64,000 nt of DNA, from positions 121,396,001 to 121,460,000 of the forward strand of contig OX597820.1 of assembly GCA_951406725.2 (NCBI GenBank), in the 5' to 3' direction. Source of the stretch: Octopus vulgaris. Taxonomy: Eukaryota. Positions within the stretch are counted from its first letter, which is position 1. The number at the start of each line of letters is the position of its first letter. Positions 42,031-56,871 of this stretch are shown one piece after another. The notes under the pieces were generated by a model that was not told the origin of the DNA, did no database searches, and saw only the letters and a list, made by a program, of their open reading frames with translations. Made by a program: the position numbers and the translations under genes.

Positions 42031-43607
42031 AGGAGGTGGAGAAGGAGAAGAAAAGAGAGAGGTGGTTGAGGAAAGTGAGATATTCAGAAAGATTGAGAGA
42101 CAGACACAAATGAAGGATGGGAGAATCGAATGAATTAAGAGAGAAGTGAGAAGGAGATAGAATGAAAGATAGGTTTCGTGTGATGAGAAGGAGAGAAGAT
42201 GACGGGGGAATGAAAGAAAGATGTCTTATGAGGAGAGAGAGAGAGAGAGAGAAAGAAAGAAAGAGAGTGAGAGAGATGGGGTTCAAGCAGTAGAAAGGGA
42301 GAGAGTGTGTGTTAAAGGAGAGAAGAACGCGTGAGTGATCAGATAGAATATTATGAGTAGAAAGAAAGACAGACAGAGACAGGAGAGAGAGAGAGAGAGA
42401 GAGAGAGAAGAACAGGAGAGAGAGTGTGAAAGAGGAAACTAGAATGTTGCGTTATGAGGAGAGAAGAGTGTGTGTGTATGTGTGTGTGTATGTGTGTGTG
42501 TGTATGTGTGTGTGTATGTGTGTGTGTGTGTGTGTGTGTGTACGTGTGTGTGTGTGTGTGAGTGTATGTGTGTGTGTGTGTGTGTGTATGTGAAAAGCTA
42601 GAGTAGGAGGAAAGGGCGTATTGGAAATAATAGAGAGGGGGAGAGAGAGAGGGACAGGAGAGTGGAAGTGCAGCAGGAGAGGGAGAGCGTGAGAGGGAGA
42701 GAAGCATAGTGTGTGACAAGTTTGGAGGAGGGGAAGGGGGAGAAGGTGGAGGAAGAGGAGGAAAGGAAGAGGAGATCGGGGAGTGGGTAAGGGTTGGGGA
42801 GTACGTCATTAAGTTGATTAGTTTTATAAAAGATGACCAAATAATTAGGTCCACTCCAGGTGGTATGTGGTGGTGGTCGTGGTGGTTGTGGTGGTGTTCT
42901 TGTTTTAAGAATGGCTGTTGGTGTGTGATGGTGGTGGGGACGGTTATACCGCGGTAAGGGAGGGGGAGAAGGGGTTTTTTAAGTGGTGCAGTGAGTGTTG
43001 GAGGTGGTGGTGGGGGTGGTGTGAGTAGTAAGAATAGTGACGGTGGCAATGTAATTGGTGTGGTTGTTATTTAGCTGGTGAGAGCTAACCGAACAGACCC
43101 CCCACTAATGAAAGGCATTCCAGCCGTGACCATCTCTTCTCTATCCTACATACAGCGAGCACAGAAACATACGATTGCGTCTGGCGGTGATGGCGGGTGG
43201 TAGCGATGATTATTGTGGTGATGTCGGGTAGCGGGGTTACTTGTATGGTGGTGGTGGTGGTGGTGTTAGTGGTTTGGGTGGTGGTGGTGATGATATTAGT
43301 TGTGGTGTTGGTGTTGGTAGAGATGATGGCGGTGGTAGCGATGATTATTGTGGTGATGTCGGTAGCGGGGTTACTTGTGGTGGTGGTGGTGGTGGTGGTG
43401 GTGTTAGTGGTTTGGGGGGGGTGATGATTTTAGTTGTGGTGGTGGTGGTGTTGGTAGAGATGGTGGTGGTGTTGGTAGAGATGGTGGTGGTGGTGATGCT
43501 GGTGATGGGGACAGAGAGGAGAAAAGATGATTAATTTATTTTCATGCATTTATTGTTATTGTATATGTATGTATGTGGTTACTTGTCTGCGCATGCTCAA
43601 ATGTGTA

Positions 43608-43645
<38 letters not shown>

Positions 43646-44020
43646 TAAGTGCATGTATTTGTGTGTATGTGTGAATGTGTATGCATGTGTGATCCTCTAA
43701 AGCTGCATAATTGTGCGCTCGTTTATGTGTGTAGCTGTGTGAAAGCGGGAAAGACCATTTACTGGTGTTTTAACACCGTGTAGAAGGATGAGAAGAAAGG
43801 AGGATGAGAAAAAAGGAGGCTGAGGAAAAAGGAGGCGGGGGTGGTTGGGTATTTATTTTGGTTGCAAATGTTTCCATTAAAATTTAAGTCATGGGTGGAG
43901 AGAGACTTTGTTAATGTATATAACATGAGTGTGGTGGTAGTGGTGGTGACATTCAATCAAATTATGTAACGCCGTATTGCTACACCCCCTCCTCCCTTCC
44001 ACCCTTCTTCACATTATTAC

Positions 44021-45247
44021 TATTTCTCTTTAACACAGGTTTTGATGTACCTCCTGGAGTCTTAAACGCGTCATGAGCTTACTACCTGAAGCCTACGGTA
44101 CCATGCTATTCGTTCTTTACAGCTATCTTATAATTTCCTGATTATTATGGCCGTGCCAAGGAAGGCAAAACTCTTGTAACAGTTCTACTGAGCACTCTAT
44201 TTCAATTTCTTTTATATTCCCCGATTCATGCCTTCTGATACTGTTCCCAAGGACCAAATAATAATTGACACTCTCTTCACTTTCTTCATTTTCCATAGCC
44301 GGGCTAAAAGTGTTGTAAAAGTGTTAAAAGTGTTGTATTTATCTTTCTTTCGCTTTATTTATCTTTCTTAACTATTCGTGGGTTAAAGGGGCATGCAACG
44401 TTAACAATATTGCATATGAGGTGCACCTTATCCACCCCCACTAGCTCCAGTCTGTCGTGTTCTAGCACCTGATCTGTTTGGATTGGGAAAACCTAGAGGA
44501 TTTTGCTAGACTCCGACTCCACCACTCTCTGCTGTCTGTGCACATACCACGTTTTGCCTCTCTCCAGCCCCCATTTTTCGCACAGTTTCTAATGTAGCAC
44601 TTTCGCAACCTGGTCGTGTCACCACAACTAGTCGTGGTTTGGAGCATGTCTAGGGCATTCGTTTGTGACATGGGCAATTGTTTCATCCACTCTATGGCAA
44701 ATATAGCACATCAGAGACACTTGTTCATTACTAAGGTTGACCCCGATTGTTGCCGAAGCTTGGTCTTGCCCTGCCAGCTCTGGGTCTCATTTTTTACGGT
44801 TCCCTTCATCAACCAATCCCACCTATTTTCCAACAAATTTTGGTGCCGCTGCATGGAATTGATTGTGTAGTCCCTTCTTGCTTAATTCTCCCTCATGTCC
44901 TTTTTGTACTCCTCCCTTTGTTTTCCCCTTTTTTATGCTTCAATACTCCCTCGTTCCTGTCACTAGCAACGTTTCCTTACTTTGCGATAGGTATCTCATT
45001 AAGCTCTCGAGTTCGTTAAGTATGCAGTCTTCCACACTCATCAGACCCCTTCCTCCATTTGCTCTCTTTATGTAGAGGTGACCAGTGTCTGCATGTGGAT
45101 GATGGGCTCCTTGCATCGTTAGGAGCTTTCTCGACTTCCTGTCCATCTCCTTTAGTTCCTCCTCTCTACACTTCAAGATTCCAACGCCATACCGAACCAC
45201 TGCGACTGCGCGGGAAATTATTGCCGAAATTATGTTTCAGGCATTCA
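44021..45247 (-). mobile_element. 5'-truncated R4/Dong-clade non-LTR retrotransposon (RLE endonuclease), disrupted
   Basis: RAVAVVRYGVGIL..ELKEMDRKSRKLLTM.GAHHP.AD..LY.KR..GGRGL, then a decayed CCHC/RHD region and an IQTD...RLE-like region. The 5' junction abuts a (TAA)n array and the 3' end is followed by TAGTAATAAT. Confidence 0.8.
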
Positions 45248-45388
<141 letters not shown>

Positions 45389-46141
45389 AATTGAATACTG
45401 GCTGTGTTGTCAGGTTGATAATTGCAGCGGTGGTGGTCGCTGGCGCTGTGTAATTTTTGTGGCCCTAGTGGTGTCTTAGTGATGTTGTTACTGTGTAACT
45501 TTAAATTGCAGTATTTCAGATATAAATTTACCTTTGTGGTGGAATAATAGGAATGTTTAGATCTGTATATAGATGTCTGTATGGCATTTTTAAAGAACTG
45601 TACGTCCAACATTCGGCTATCAATCAACAGTCATGGAAATAAGTGCATTCTACATGAATGAGACAAGATAATACAACAATGTAAGAGAGATAAATAGCAA
45701 AGGAAATGATAAATTAAACAGAAATATCAACACAATCGGAAAATTCGATCATGGAAGCAAATCTAACTAATTGTGACAGCGGAATATAACCTGAATAATC
45801 AGAGAGAGGTATACAATAGGCATAACCGAAGAAATATTAATCACTAATTTGTACTATCGATAACACAGCAATGGACTAATAATACTCTACCACAACAGCA
45901 AAATATGAAAGGAAAAAACAGTAGCCAACCAATCACTATGTATGTTACTTTCTATTAATTATTTGAGGACTGCCTCCGACGAACGAATTTGTTTCTAATA
46001 AAGAAACAAAGCTGCATCGTTGGAATGTACGTAACAGAATCGTATTCACATTCTAAACTTGAAGAAAATCTTGCACATTTTTACTGTTCCACTTGCTGTC
46101 ATATTTGTAATATGCGAGTTAGCTGATTGATTTCTTTTCCT

Positions 46142-46311
46142 TTTGGTCTTGCCCTGCCATCTCTCGGTCTCATTTTTTACGGTTCCCTTCATCAACCAAT
46201 CCCACCTATTTTCCAACAACTTTTGGTGCCGCTGCATGGAATTGCTTAATTCTCCCTCATGTCCTTTTTGTACTCCTCCCTTTGTTTTCCCTTTTTTCTG
46301 CTTCAATACTC
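46142..46311 (-). repeat. second copy of an internal fragment of the R4/Dong element
   Basis: Matches 44759-44948 but lacks the 19-bp ATTGTGTAGTCCCTTCTTG. Confidence 0.85.
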
Positions 46312-47917
46312 ATCCAGATTCTCACTTAAACATCTAAACACAAAACCAAGGACACCAATTGTTATTGACATAAATGTGAATTTATAATCTGGATATAGAA
46401 ACTGGGTTTCGAAGAAGTTTCTGTAGCTATCCACTTTCCTTTTGAATTTCAGAGATATTTATATCAGCAGGACAGCTGAGCTGTAATGATGGTACATATA
46501 TTTTCTTGTCGGTCGCAAATAACAATATCCATCTTTACATTTACACTTGAGTTTGGGCGGGAATATTCCGCCAATATTCCTCGTGTTGTTACTTGCGTTT
46601 GTACTTAAGGTAGTAAGCTGACTGAATCGTTAGCAAGCCGTGCTTGGTAACGTTGTCTCCGTCATCACACTCTCAATTCAAATTCCACTGAGATCACCTT
46701 CGCCTTTCATCCTTTCGGGGTCGACAAATTAAGTACGAGTTGAAATCTTGGGTCGATGTAATCGATTTAGCTACCCTCTTCCCAATTCAAACCTCCTGTC
46801 TTGGATCCCAAACTTGAAACTGATGTTGGTTTATGTAATCAATAATAGAGGGGTGTTCTATATTTATTCCAGAGCAGTCTTTTCCTACGAATGACATTAT
46901 ATATCGCTTTTGTGATAACATCGTGATGCATAGGGAAGCAGTCCCATTTTTGAGTTGCTGCTAATCACATGTGTGATGTCCTATTCAGAAATAGGACAAG
47001 ATCTACATTTGCAGGGACACGAAGATTTAGTGATGTTAGCAGCGGTCTGTTTACAATTATTTTCGATATCTCTTCTGGCAGATATTTGTCAGTTCTTACT
47101 GCTTTGGGAAGAACGATTAGCATCAGAAAGAGAATCTTTTTTTTTGTTTTTTTTTTGAAGGGAGATGCTTGTTGTTGAAACAGATTTTCGTAAAGGTGTT
47201 TTCGTTAAGATGAGTTTGGTCCCAGTATTTTTTACCGCTTCATATAACCCATGGACGGAGCATCACGAGCTATTTCATAGAACCAATGTAGATCTTGGAT
47301 TCCATGTAGAATCCAACAGAAAATGAGACGAGTATTTACATCATAAATACCTTAATGGTGCTATAGTTTTGTTTTAATAGAATTATTATAATCTTCAGCC
47401 ATAGTCGTGCTTGCGGAATTTCCACGTAGTATAAGATTTATAATAGCGCTACAATGGTAGTATATACGTGTATGTGTATATGTATGTGTGTATGTGTGTA
47501 CGTATGTATGAATGTATACATTTATGCTTGTATTTTGTACGAAAGTGTGTCTATATAAAGTACTCTCACAGCAAATTCAACAATTAACTGACCAGTATTT
47601 TCAATGAGCTGAAAAATCTACCTAGGAAAGTTCTTTCCTCTCTCTCAAGATTTCGTATGTAAAAATATATTGAGCTCATTTAATAACGATACAGGCAGAA
47701 TAACGGTTAGGTTGTATCTGCAACTGATGAGGTGGAATTCTAGCGAAATTCTCTGCATCTGGGCGTTTCCTAATATTAGTTAATGCTATTCTCCATCTAA
47801 CGTCGTGCACAAGAACTATAGGGAGAATATTTTTCTCGGAGACAAAATAATGTAGCGAATGTCTTTCGTGTTCTGATGTGGAGGAGCGTGTCAAAAATAA
47901 TGCGCACGTAATTATAA

Positions 47918-48117
47918 GTATGTATGTATGTATGTATGTATGTATGTATGTATGTATGTATGTATGTATGTATGTATGTATGTATGTATGTATGTTTGTA
48001 TGTATGTATGTATGTATGTATGTATGTATGTATGTATGTGTGTATGTATGTATGTATGTATGTATGTATGTATGTATGTATGTATGTATGTGTGTATGTA
48101 TGCGTGTATGTATGTAT
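47918..48117. repeat. (TATG)n microsatellite
   Basis: Direct inspection. Confidence 0.95.
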
Positions 48118-48172
48118 CAGAAGAATGTGAAAAAGGGAAACTGGTAATTAGAAAGGACATACCAAGTAGTGG

Positions 48173-48209
<37 letters not shown>

Positions 48210-48978
48210 GGTGAGTGAAAGAGAGAGAGTGAGAGAGAATGAGTGAGTGAAAGAGAGAGAGAGAGAGAGAGTCAATTGTATGTGTTAATGAAAGTACGTT
48301 AAAATTAGAAATAAGTAATACGTATATACATATATACACACATACATGCGTATATACAGACATATATGTATGTGTAAAGAGATAGAGAGAGAGAGAGGGG
48401 GGGGAAGTTAGATGCAAGACAGAAAAAGAGATTTTGTCAGAAAAAGTAGGGAGGTAGGGAGAGTGAGTGTGAAAGAGTGAGTGGGAGAGAGTGAGGTGTT
48501 AGAAATGAAAATGTAGGAGTAGGGAGAGAGAGGGAGGCAGAGAGAGAGTGTGGGGAGAGAGAGAGAGAGAAGTGGTAGAAGAGAAAAGGTAGAAGAAATG
48601 TCCTTTATTGAACTTAACAAGTTCCCTTCTTCAAACCGCAAGTGAAGATTGTGTTTTAACAATGCTTTCATTAAGAAGTCCCATTCAATTTTCACAGCCG
48701 TCCTTATTATTCACAGAAAGAGAGGAAGTAGAGAAAGAAGGAAAGAGATGGGGAGACAGTGAGGAAAAGGGAGCTTTTCTAAGGGATCCATTCCCTGCAA
48801 CACATACCCTCACACTTTATCCACACACTACATAACCCTTGTATTTATTTATTTATTTGAGACGTGGCAATTAGGACACCATTTTGGGTTCTTTAAAAGT
48901 AATTTAAAAAAATTTTTGCTTTGCTTGTTTGTTTGAGTGTGCGTGTGTGCGTGTGTGTATGTGTGTGTGTATGTGTGT

Positions 48979-49009
<31 letters not shown>

Positions 49010-49533
49010 CCTGGATGCACTTGTGTATGGATCTGCGTGAGTGTTTGCTTTGCCTAATTTGTCTAAGAGGAAATAATGAACGAAAAAAAATGAAGAAAAA
49101 AGATGAAGAACAAAAGATTAAGAGAAGAAGCTAAGAAATGTAAATTTAATAAAAAAAAAAAGCTAAAAATCATTAAAGAAAACTAAGAAATCGGAAAATA
49201 TTGCAAGAAATGTCCAAAGTTATAACGATGTCAACAACAGTAACAGCAACAAGAAGAAAATAATAGTACTGCAATAACAAGAAGAAGAAAGGAAAAAAGC
49301 CAAGACAACAGCGTCAACAAGAACGTCATTGAAAAAGTAGAAAAAAAAACATTAGTTGTTCCATCAACAATAACAACAAAACAAATAAACAAAAATAAAT
49401 AATGTGAGTAGGGGGAAAAAACACTACATTAAAAGCAAATGAGAATAAGGGAAGATCTTCGTTATTTTTAGGGAAGAGTAGTGGGTCACTACATGGATCG
49501 AAGTAGGGCCATCATCATCATCATCATTATCAC

Positions 49534-49587
<54 letters not shown>

Positions 49588-49779
49588 TCTCGATGTATTG
49601 TCTCTCTCTCTCTCTCGCTCTCTCTATCTCTCTCGTTTTCTCTCTCTCTCTCTCTCTCTGTTTATCTCTCTCTCTCTATCTATCTATCGTTCTCTCTCTC
49701 TAAGCATAAATACACACCGATGCTACTGCTGATCCCTTCACTTATTATCATTATTATCATGGATAACCTCCATGGATAA

Positions 49780-50400
49780 CCTCCGGTCTGGCAGTGCTAC
49801 CGGAGTGGGGTGGGATGCGTTACCTTTTCGAGATAAACTCTACAGGCACGGATATGCTGTCAGCAGACGGTCTTGTCCGAGGGACGCGCAGAGTGACGAA
49901 ACCTTTTTTCACGCACTCGTTCAGTGTCCGGGCATTGCTGACTAGTGAGGTTATATCATCGAGCTGCTGCTACATGTAGGAGGGATCCATCTATCAGTCG
50001 AGCCTCTAGTGATGATTGCCCCGCCGCCCTCCTTCAATCAGACAGGCAAGGCAGTTTTTTTCTTTTCCCTGCAGGCTGTTGTGAAAGAGGTTGTTTGATG
50101 GACAAGGCCGAAAGACATGAGGACAGATACATCCCTCTTTGGCAGTGCTCTCATTCACTTCTTCAAGTTTCACTTGAAAAGGAAATTGAGAGTGGAGAGG
50201 GAAGTGCTGTCGTCGAGATTATTTATTCAAAGGTGAGTGAAAGTTGTGAAAATGGCAAAAGTGGATGGTCCCACTCTAAGTGTAGACTTAGAGAGTCGGA
50301 GGGAAGGAATTTGAGGGGGTACTCTCTCCCAGGGTTTCAGGGATATCTTGGACAGTGCGGTTCCTCGATAATCCCTAGAGGTCATCCTTTTTCAGGAAGG
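49780..50400 (-). pseudogene. possible very old LINE ORF2 remnant
   Basis: GC-richer island with minus-strand LDDST-like and TLRVPRTR motifs. Weak evidence. Confidence 0.3.
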
Positions 50401-50612
50401 CTCATCTCTATCATACCCCTCTTCACCCTTTTCAAACCTTCGTTTGCTCTGTATATGTCCCTTCCTTTTCATCGTTTACCGGGTGGATTTAGGTTTATTA
50501 TTTTGTTTTCTAATTATTTTATCTTTCCGTTATATGTAAATCCCCACACTTTATGTCTGTCTTTGTATCGTACCACTCAACATTCCCCCTCGTGGCAAAT
50601 TAAGAAAATCCC

Positions 50613-50651
<39 letters not shown>

Positions 50652-50655
50652 TCTT

Positions 50656-50785
50656 GTGAGAAAGCAGTGCATGCCATCAAAGTGACAATGTGGTACAATA
50701 TACGAAGCCCTGTATACCCAGCATGACTACACGTCTGATAAGGGTACACCAGGCGCATGCGTTACAACCATACACGACATAGTGA
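50656..50785 (-). repeat. truncated copy of the ~455-bp TAA-tailed element
   Basis: AGCAGTGCATGCCATCAAAGTGACA...GATAAGGGTACACCAGGC matches the 51718 and 52208 copies, and adjoins (CAT)n. Confidence 0.8.
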
Positions 50786-51717
50786 ATCGACTCATCCCTA
50801 CATCCTCGAAGCTGCCCTTGAGGCAAAAATTTATCACTGATATCACTGATATTATTGTTTTTATGTGTAGTAGCAGCATTAGTTGCTGCAACAGCAACAG
50901 CAACAGCAACAGTAGCAGGGGTGTGGTTAGTGGTAAGACTGGTAGTTGGGCCTCAGATGTCTGTGCTATCATAATAGTAGTTGTTGTAGTTGTATTGTAG
51001 TATTAGTAGTATTTAGTATCAGCAGCTGCAGCGTATTATTATTTGTTTTTTTCATTATCACCATCACCACCGCTACCATTGTTGGAGGGAATAATTGGGC
51101 AGCAGTTTTTGTAGTTGTGCAGTTTGCATATATTGGCAGGTGCTTGCATCCTTAATTTCTTTTATCGTGCATTTGTGTTGTTACAATAAAAGGCATGTTT
51201 ACATATTCTGTTTGTCAGGGAAAAAAGGAAGACAAAATGTTCACACAAAATTGGAGATATAAAAGCTTCTAAATATTCTGAGGTGTTCGTTTGTATGTCT
51301 GTTCATAGAAAACTGGTGCTTTTCTTTCTTTTTTTTGTTTTTACAATAAAAAGAATATTTACATTTTCGAATATTCAGGAAAAAAGGAACCAAAAGAAAA
51401 CGGAGGTAAATTTTTTTCGCAGAAAATTTTAGATATGAAGTTTTTAAAATTTACTGGAAATGATCTTTAGTCTGTCCGAAGAGAGAAAAAATGTAGTGTT
51501 CTTGGAATAAAGATAATGTTTACATTTTCGAATACTCAAGTGGAGAGGAAAACTGATAGGTATTCATAGAAGGTGTAGATATTAAAAGTTTTAAAGTTGA
51601 TTGTTTATGTGTTCGAAAGCTGTACATTTGTAAATTCCTTAACTTTAATTTGAAGGAAATTCAAAATACTCACAGGAAACTGTAGATCAGTCTTTTAGAG
51701 TTATTATTATTATTATT

Positions 51718-52660
51718 GAGTGAGCGAGCAGAGCATGCCATCAAAGTGACACTGGGGTTAAATATAGGAAGCCCAAATATACCCATCATGATTACCCGTT
51801 TGATAAGAGTACACAAGACACATGCATCAAAACCAAATATGCGTGACATGGTAATCTCATATCAAGATAAACAGCACATGACCTTGCAGGTGGGGCCCAG
51901 TTAGAATTTTCTTTTGGTCGAGTAACCCATCCCATTCAAAAGGTCCCTGAATAATGGTTGTTTAAGGATGTTGAACGAACCACCCATGTTTCCAGAGGTG
52001 AATTATTCAAACCTCCAAAATCCCTTTCAACACATGGCTATGATGCTCCTCCACTACTTCTGCTTGTGATCAGAGATGCACGTATCGTCAGCCACTAAGG
52101 GACATGCTCAACTGGTTAAGGTCAAACAACTGACAAGCAAATCTGTGGTATTGAGCAGAATATTTGCTGTAGCTCATCTATTATTATTATTATTATTATT
52201 ATTATTGATAGAGCAGTGCGTGCCATCAAAGTGACACTGGCGTATAATATACGAAGCACAGTATACCCATCATGACTACCTGTCTAATAAGGGTACACCG
52301 GGCACGTGGATCACAACCATACGCGACAAGGTGATCACATATCAAGATAAACAGCTCGTGACCTTGCGGTTGGGGCTCAGTTAGAATTTTATTCAAGCCG
52401 AGTAGCCCATCCCGCTCAAAAGTTTCCTGAATAAGGGTTGTTCGAGAATGTTGAACGAAACTTCTATGTTTCTAAATGAGAATTATTCAAACCCTAAAAA
52501 ATTCTTCTCAACACCTGACACTGATGCTTCCCCACTACTTCTGCTCGTGATCAGAGATGCATATATTATTAGCTACTAAGTGACGGGCTCAACTGATTAA
52601 GGCCAAGCAACTGACGAACAGATATGTGGTATTGAGCAGAATATTTGCTGTTGCCCAGCT
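51718..52660 (-). mobile_element. two tandem diverged copies of an unclassified ~455-bp retroposon, each adjoining (TAA)n
   Basis: Copies at 51718-52179 and 52208-52660, with (TTA)n at 51701-51717 and 52180-52207. Both ends are shared. Confidence 0.8.
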
Positions 52661-54589
52661 TGCTTTCAATGCTCGGTGCTTTGTCATGTTTTCATTGCGT
52701 TCTACGTGACATGTGCGTGCACTGCCTAGCAATAACATTTTCTATGTGTATCGCATATTTATATATACTGGAGTTTTGGTTCTAAATTCGTCTTTTATTT
52801 TACTTTATTTTGTTATTCATTTTATATTTGTTTATATGTTTTATATTTAATTATTCTCGAGTCTCTTCAGATTGCTTCTAGTTTCAGTGTCTGCATTCTG
52901 GTTATCTCCATTTCCAGGTTTACATATTTGCAAAATTGTATCTGCTTGAGTAAATATTCATTTATTATCAGTTGGGACTAATAATGAGAGAAAAATGCTA
53001 GTCCTTTTGTAATGATTCTCGGCAACAATATCAGATCGGTTACCCATTATGCTTCTACCTATCTTGATAAGCCTCGTATACAGTATGGCACATCGTCATT
53101 AGAGTGGAAAAAAATTAAGTTTGTTTGTGGGTATATTATATTTTATATTTAATAACTACTTGAATCGATCGTCTACACCCGAAAGACTACCACGGCAAAC
53201 AGCTTGTAAACTTGCTCGTAGCTAAATCTAAAATCATTAGCTTTTATATGACACTTTCAGTACGTAGAATTTCCCTCAATTCAGCTGCTATTTTGCTTTT
53301 AAAGACTGAAATATTCTCTCTCATCTCTCAATTCCTAAACTTCCAACGTGCAGTGAAGAAAAGAAAAATCACATTCCGTGTATTTCCTTCAGATTATAAT
53401 TATTTCTTTAATGAAATGTCTGAGTTAATAAATGACAGGTTATTTCATATTGACGAATTCTAAAAAGAATGAAATAATAGTATGCATGAAAACCACCAGC
53501 TGGTAATTGCAGTAGCATCGCAAATACGTGCACAATAGAATTTTAATATGGGAATTCTACGCATTTTGTCCTGGCAGGTCCTTAATTTCTAATTCAAATT
53601 ACTCAAGCGTAATATTATCAAGAAAGGATGATCTTCCTTGTAATAACTGCCATCTTTAGGAAAACGCATTTGAAGCTCAAGCATGAGAAAAAGGAAAGGT
53701 GAAAGGGGGGAAAGGTGAAAAGGGGCCAGAACATATCTCCGTATCACTGAAAACGGGATGATATTTTGCATATAACTTCGAAGAACGGTACTACATGGCC
53801 TAACCGATACTTTAAAAGTCGGGGCTTATGTTACATGCAGCATAATATAGTATCTATCTTATTTCAAACACTGAGAGGGAAGCAAGGCAACAGACCAATC
53901 CGCTCATATTCTTCATGGGATTTGCAAGTAATCTACATTGGTAGCAACATTAAAACATCTCGTTATATATTCGCTTGACCCTCACCCTCTGTATCCCCTC
54001 GCTATACTTCCCATCGTCTCACTAATACACCCCTGATTCTCACATGCCTTTGTTCACCCTCTACTTCAAAATCCTCATCGAATCGCTTTCCACTTAATTT
54101 TACGATGCAATATAAATTTATAAGCGCCGTAAGATATCGAAAATCTGCCCTTCTTTTGTTGAGATTATTGAATCTTTTGATGAGAATGTTGTGAAACTGC
54201 TACAAGGAGATATCAAAGTCCGTGCTGGCTGATAATTTACGTTGCTTTTATGTATAACTCGCAATATTGACTCAATATTTCACCAGCTTGCATAATATGC
54301 ACTGCAATATCAACTCGTCATCGACTTTTCGAAACAGCTGTAAGGATTTGACTTGATGATATCAAGTAAGTTTTATACACATCGTTGCATATAGATATAT
54401 ACCTTACATCATTCACCGTCTCTATGTCTCTCTTCAAACACACGCACACATATATAAACGTACACACACATACACAAAGAGTCAAACGCACATACTCAAA
54501 TATTTATATATATATGTGTGTGTGTTTGTGTGTGTTAGTGAGTTTGCAAAAAGTGATATAGGAGTCTGTGCTTTTATGTCATCATCATT

Positions 54590-54635
<46 letters not shown>

Positions 54636-55913
54636 CCATCATCATCACCACCACCACCACCACCACCACCACCACCACCACCACCACCACCACCACCACC
54701 ACCACCACCATTATCATCGTATAACACTTGACAACGGCAAAACGGAAACACAAACAGCAAACTGATATTTCCTTGTTTGACTGAAGTCAAGTACAGACCA
54801 TGGAGCGGATGGTGGAGGTTTCGATGCTAATGGTTGCTGCAGTAATGTTGGATATGGTGATGTAGGTTTTCGTAGGGATATCAGTGTTGATGGTGGTGGT
54901 GGCATTGGCGACATTGGCTGATGTTGTCAATGATGGTTTAGTCACGATGATGATGATGATGATGGAGATGATGTTGGTGACAATGGTGGTTATATGAAAT
55001 AGTTATGATGGTGGTGATATCACCCGTTGTTGTGGTTATAACGGTGGTTGTCTCTATGATGGTAATGTTGGTGGTGGTGGTTGGTGATGGTCAATATGGG
55101 GGGTGGAGCTTATGATGGTAACTAGCTCCATAACAGGATACAAAAATGAAGCCCCGCTTGGAATAGGACAATTGTGTAACAAAGAAAGGAGAGGATTGAA
55201 GACGTTACTCTTGAACTGATCGAATGGTTCTACTCGATAGAAAGTGGAACTTCTCAATGGAAGGAAACAAAGAATTTACAAATAAATAACAAAACGGATA
55301 ACCAAAAAAAAAAAAAACCAGCAAAATCTAAAGTACGACACAAGAAAAAAGGAAACAGTAAATAAAGAAATAAGAAAAAAAAATGGATTAGGTTTTGGTT
55401 GAAGGCCAAAAATTTGGTTGTAGGCTAAATTTGGAGTACAATGGACGTAAAGTTTATTGTCAAGAAGAATAAACCTTGAATGGTGAATAGATTCAAGAGC
55501 AGCGAAGACCATTCGCCAATTCCTGCAGACAACATTTCATTATCACTAGCAAACACATATTTGTGTATAACTGTTCAGAGTATCGCACGCAACTGCATAC
55601 ACGTACACATACACACGCACGCACGTACGCACCCCGCCCCACAAGCGATACACAAGTGTACACACTACGCAAAAGTGCAATGAAACATACACACATATAT
55701 AAACAAGTTTATTGGTATGTATTTATATACATATGTGTGTACGTGTTTGCGGGCACGCGTGTCCATATATATATGTGTGTGTGCGTGTGTTTATATATAT
55801 GTATACACACACACACAAACAAACATGAACATACAAACAAGTATACATGCCTGCATTTATGTGTTTATACACGCTGCAATTTAGGGTTTGATTCTTTGAC
55901 TAGGTGTTTACGG

Positions 55914-55962
<49 letters not shown>

Positions 55963-56460
55963 AGACAGAGAGATAAAGACAAAGAGTGGTGGGAGTTTAA
56001 AAACACATGGACAGAGTTATGTGTGTTTTCGTCTCAGGGTTAAAAAAGAAACTGTGAAAATGAGAGGAGAGAGAGAAAATAGATGCAAGTCTGATGAAAG
56101 AAGGAAGCAAAAAAAAAAAAAACTGGCAAGTGTCCCAAAACCATGGAAAGTATTATTGAATGAATATAGTGTAAGGGGTGAGCGAGGAAAGAGGGTGGAC
56201 TTGTATATTCATTGGATGATGGCTAATATCACTCGAATCAATACCACACATGAGGTGCCTATTTCAAGGCTTGGGGTTCGAGCCTATGCTGTTCCCGCAT
56301 ATATTGGTCATTTAGTTGTTTGGGACAAACTGTACCTTAATTCAGCAACAATATTCAATAATTCACCAATAAATACACCTAGTCGCTCCTTTTCTCCCCC
56401 CCCCCCATACGCTTTCTTTTTTGTTTTGCAGACATATATTAATATATTGTCTTAAATACA

Positions 56461-56871
56461 TTCTTTTACTCTTTTCCTTGTTTCAGCCTTTTGACTGTGG
56501 CCATGTTGGAGCACCGCCTTTAGTCGAACAAGTCGACCCCAGGACTTATTTTTTGTAAGCCTAGTACTTATTCTATCGGTCTTTTTTGCCGAACCGCTAG
56601 GTGACGGGGACGTAAACACATCAGCATCGGTTGTCAAGTGGTGTTGGGGAGGGGGACAAACACAGACACACAAACACATACACACATATATATATATATA
56701 CAAATATACGACGGGCTTCTTTCAGTTTCCATCTACCAAATCCACTCACAAGGCTTTGGTCGGCCCGGGGTTATATAAGAAGACACTTGCCCAAAGTGCC
56801 ATGCAGTGGGACTGAACCCGGAACCATGTGGTTGGTAAGCAAGCTACTTACCAAACAGCCACTCCTGCGCC
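56461..56871 (-). mobile_element. SINE family A, full length
   Basis: Complete reverse-complement match. Confidence 0.92.
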
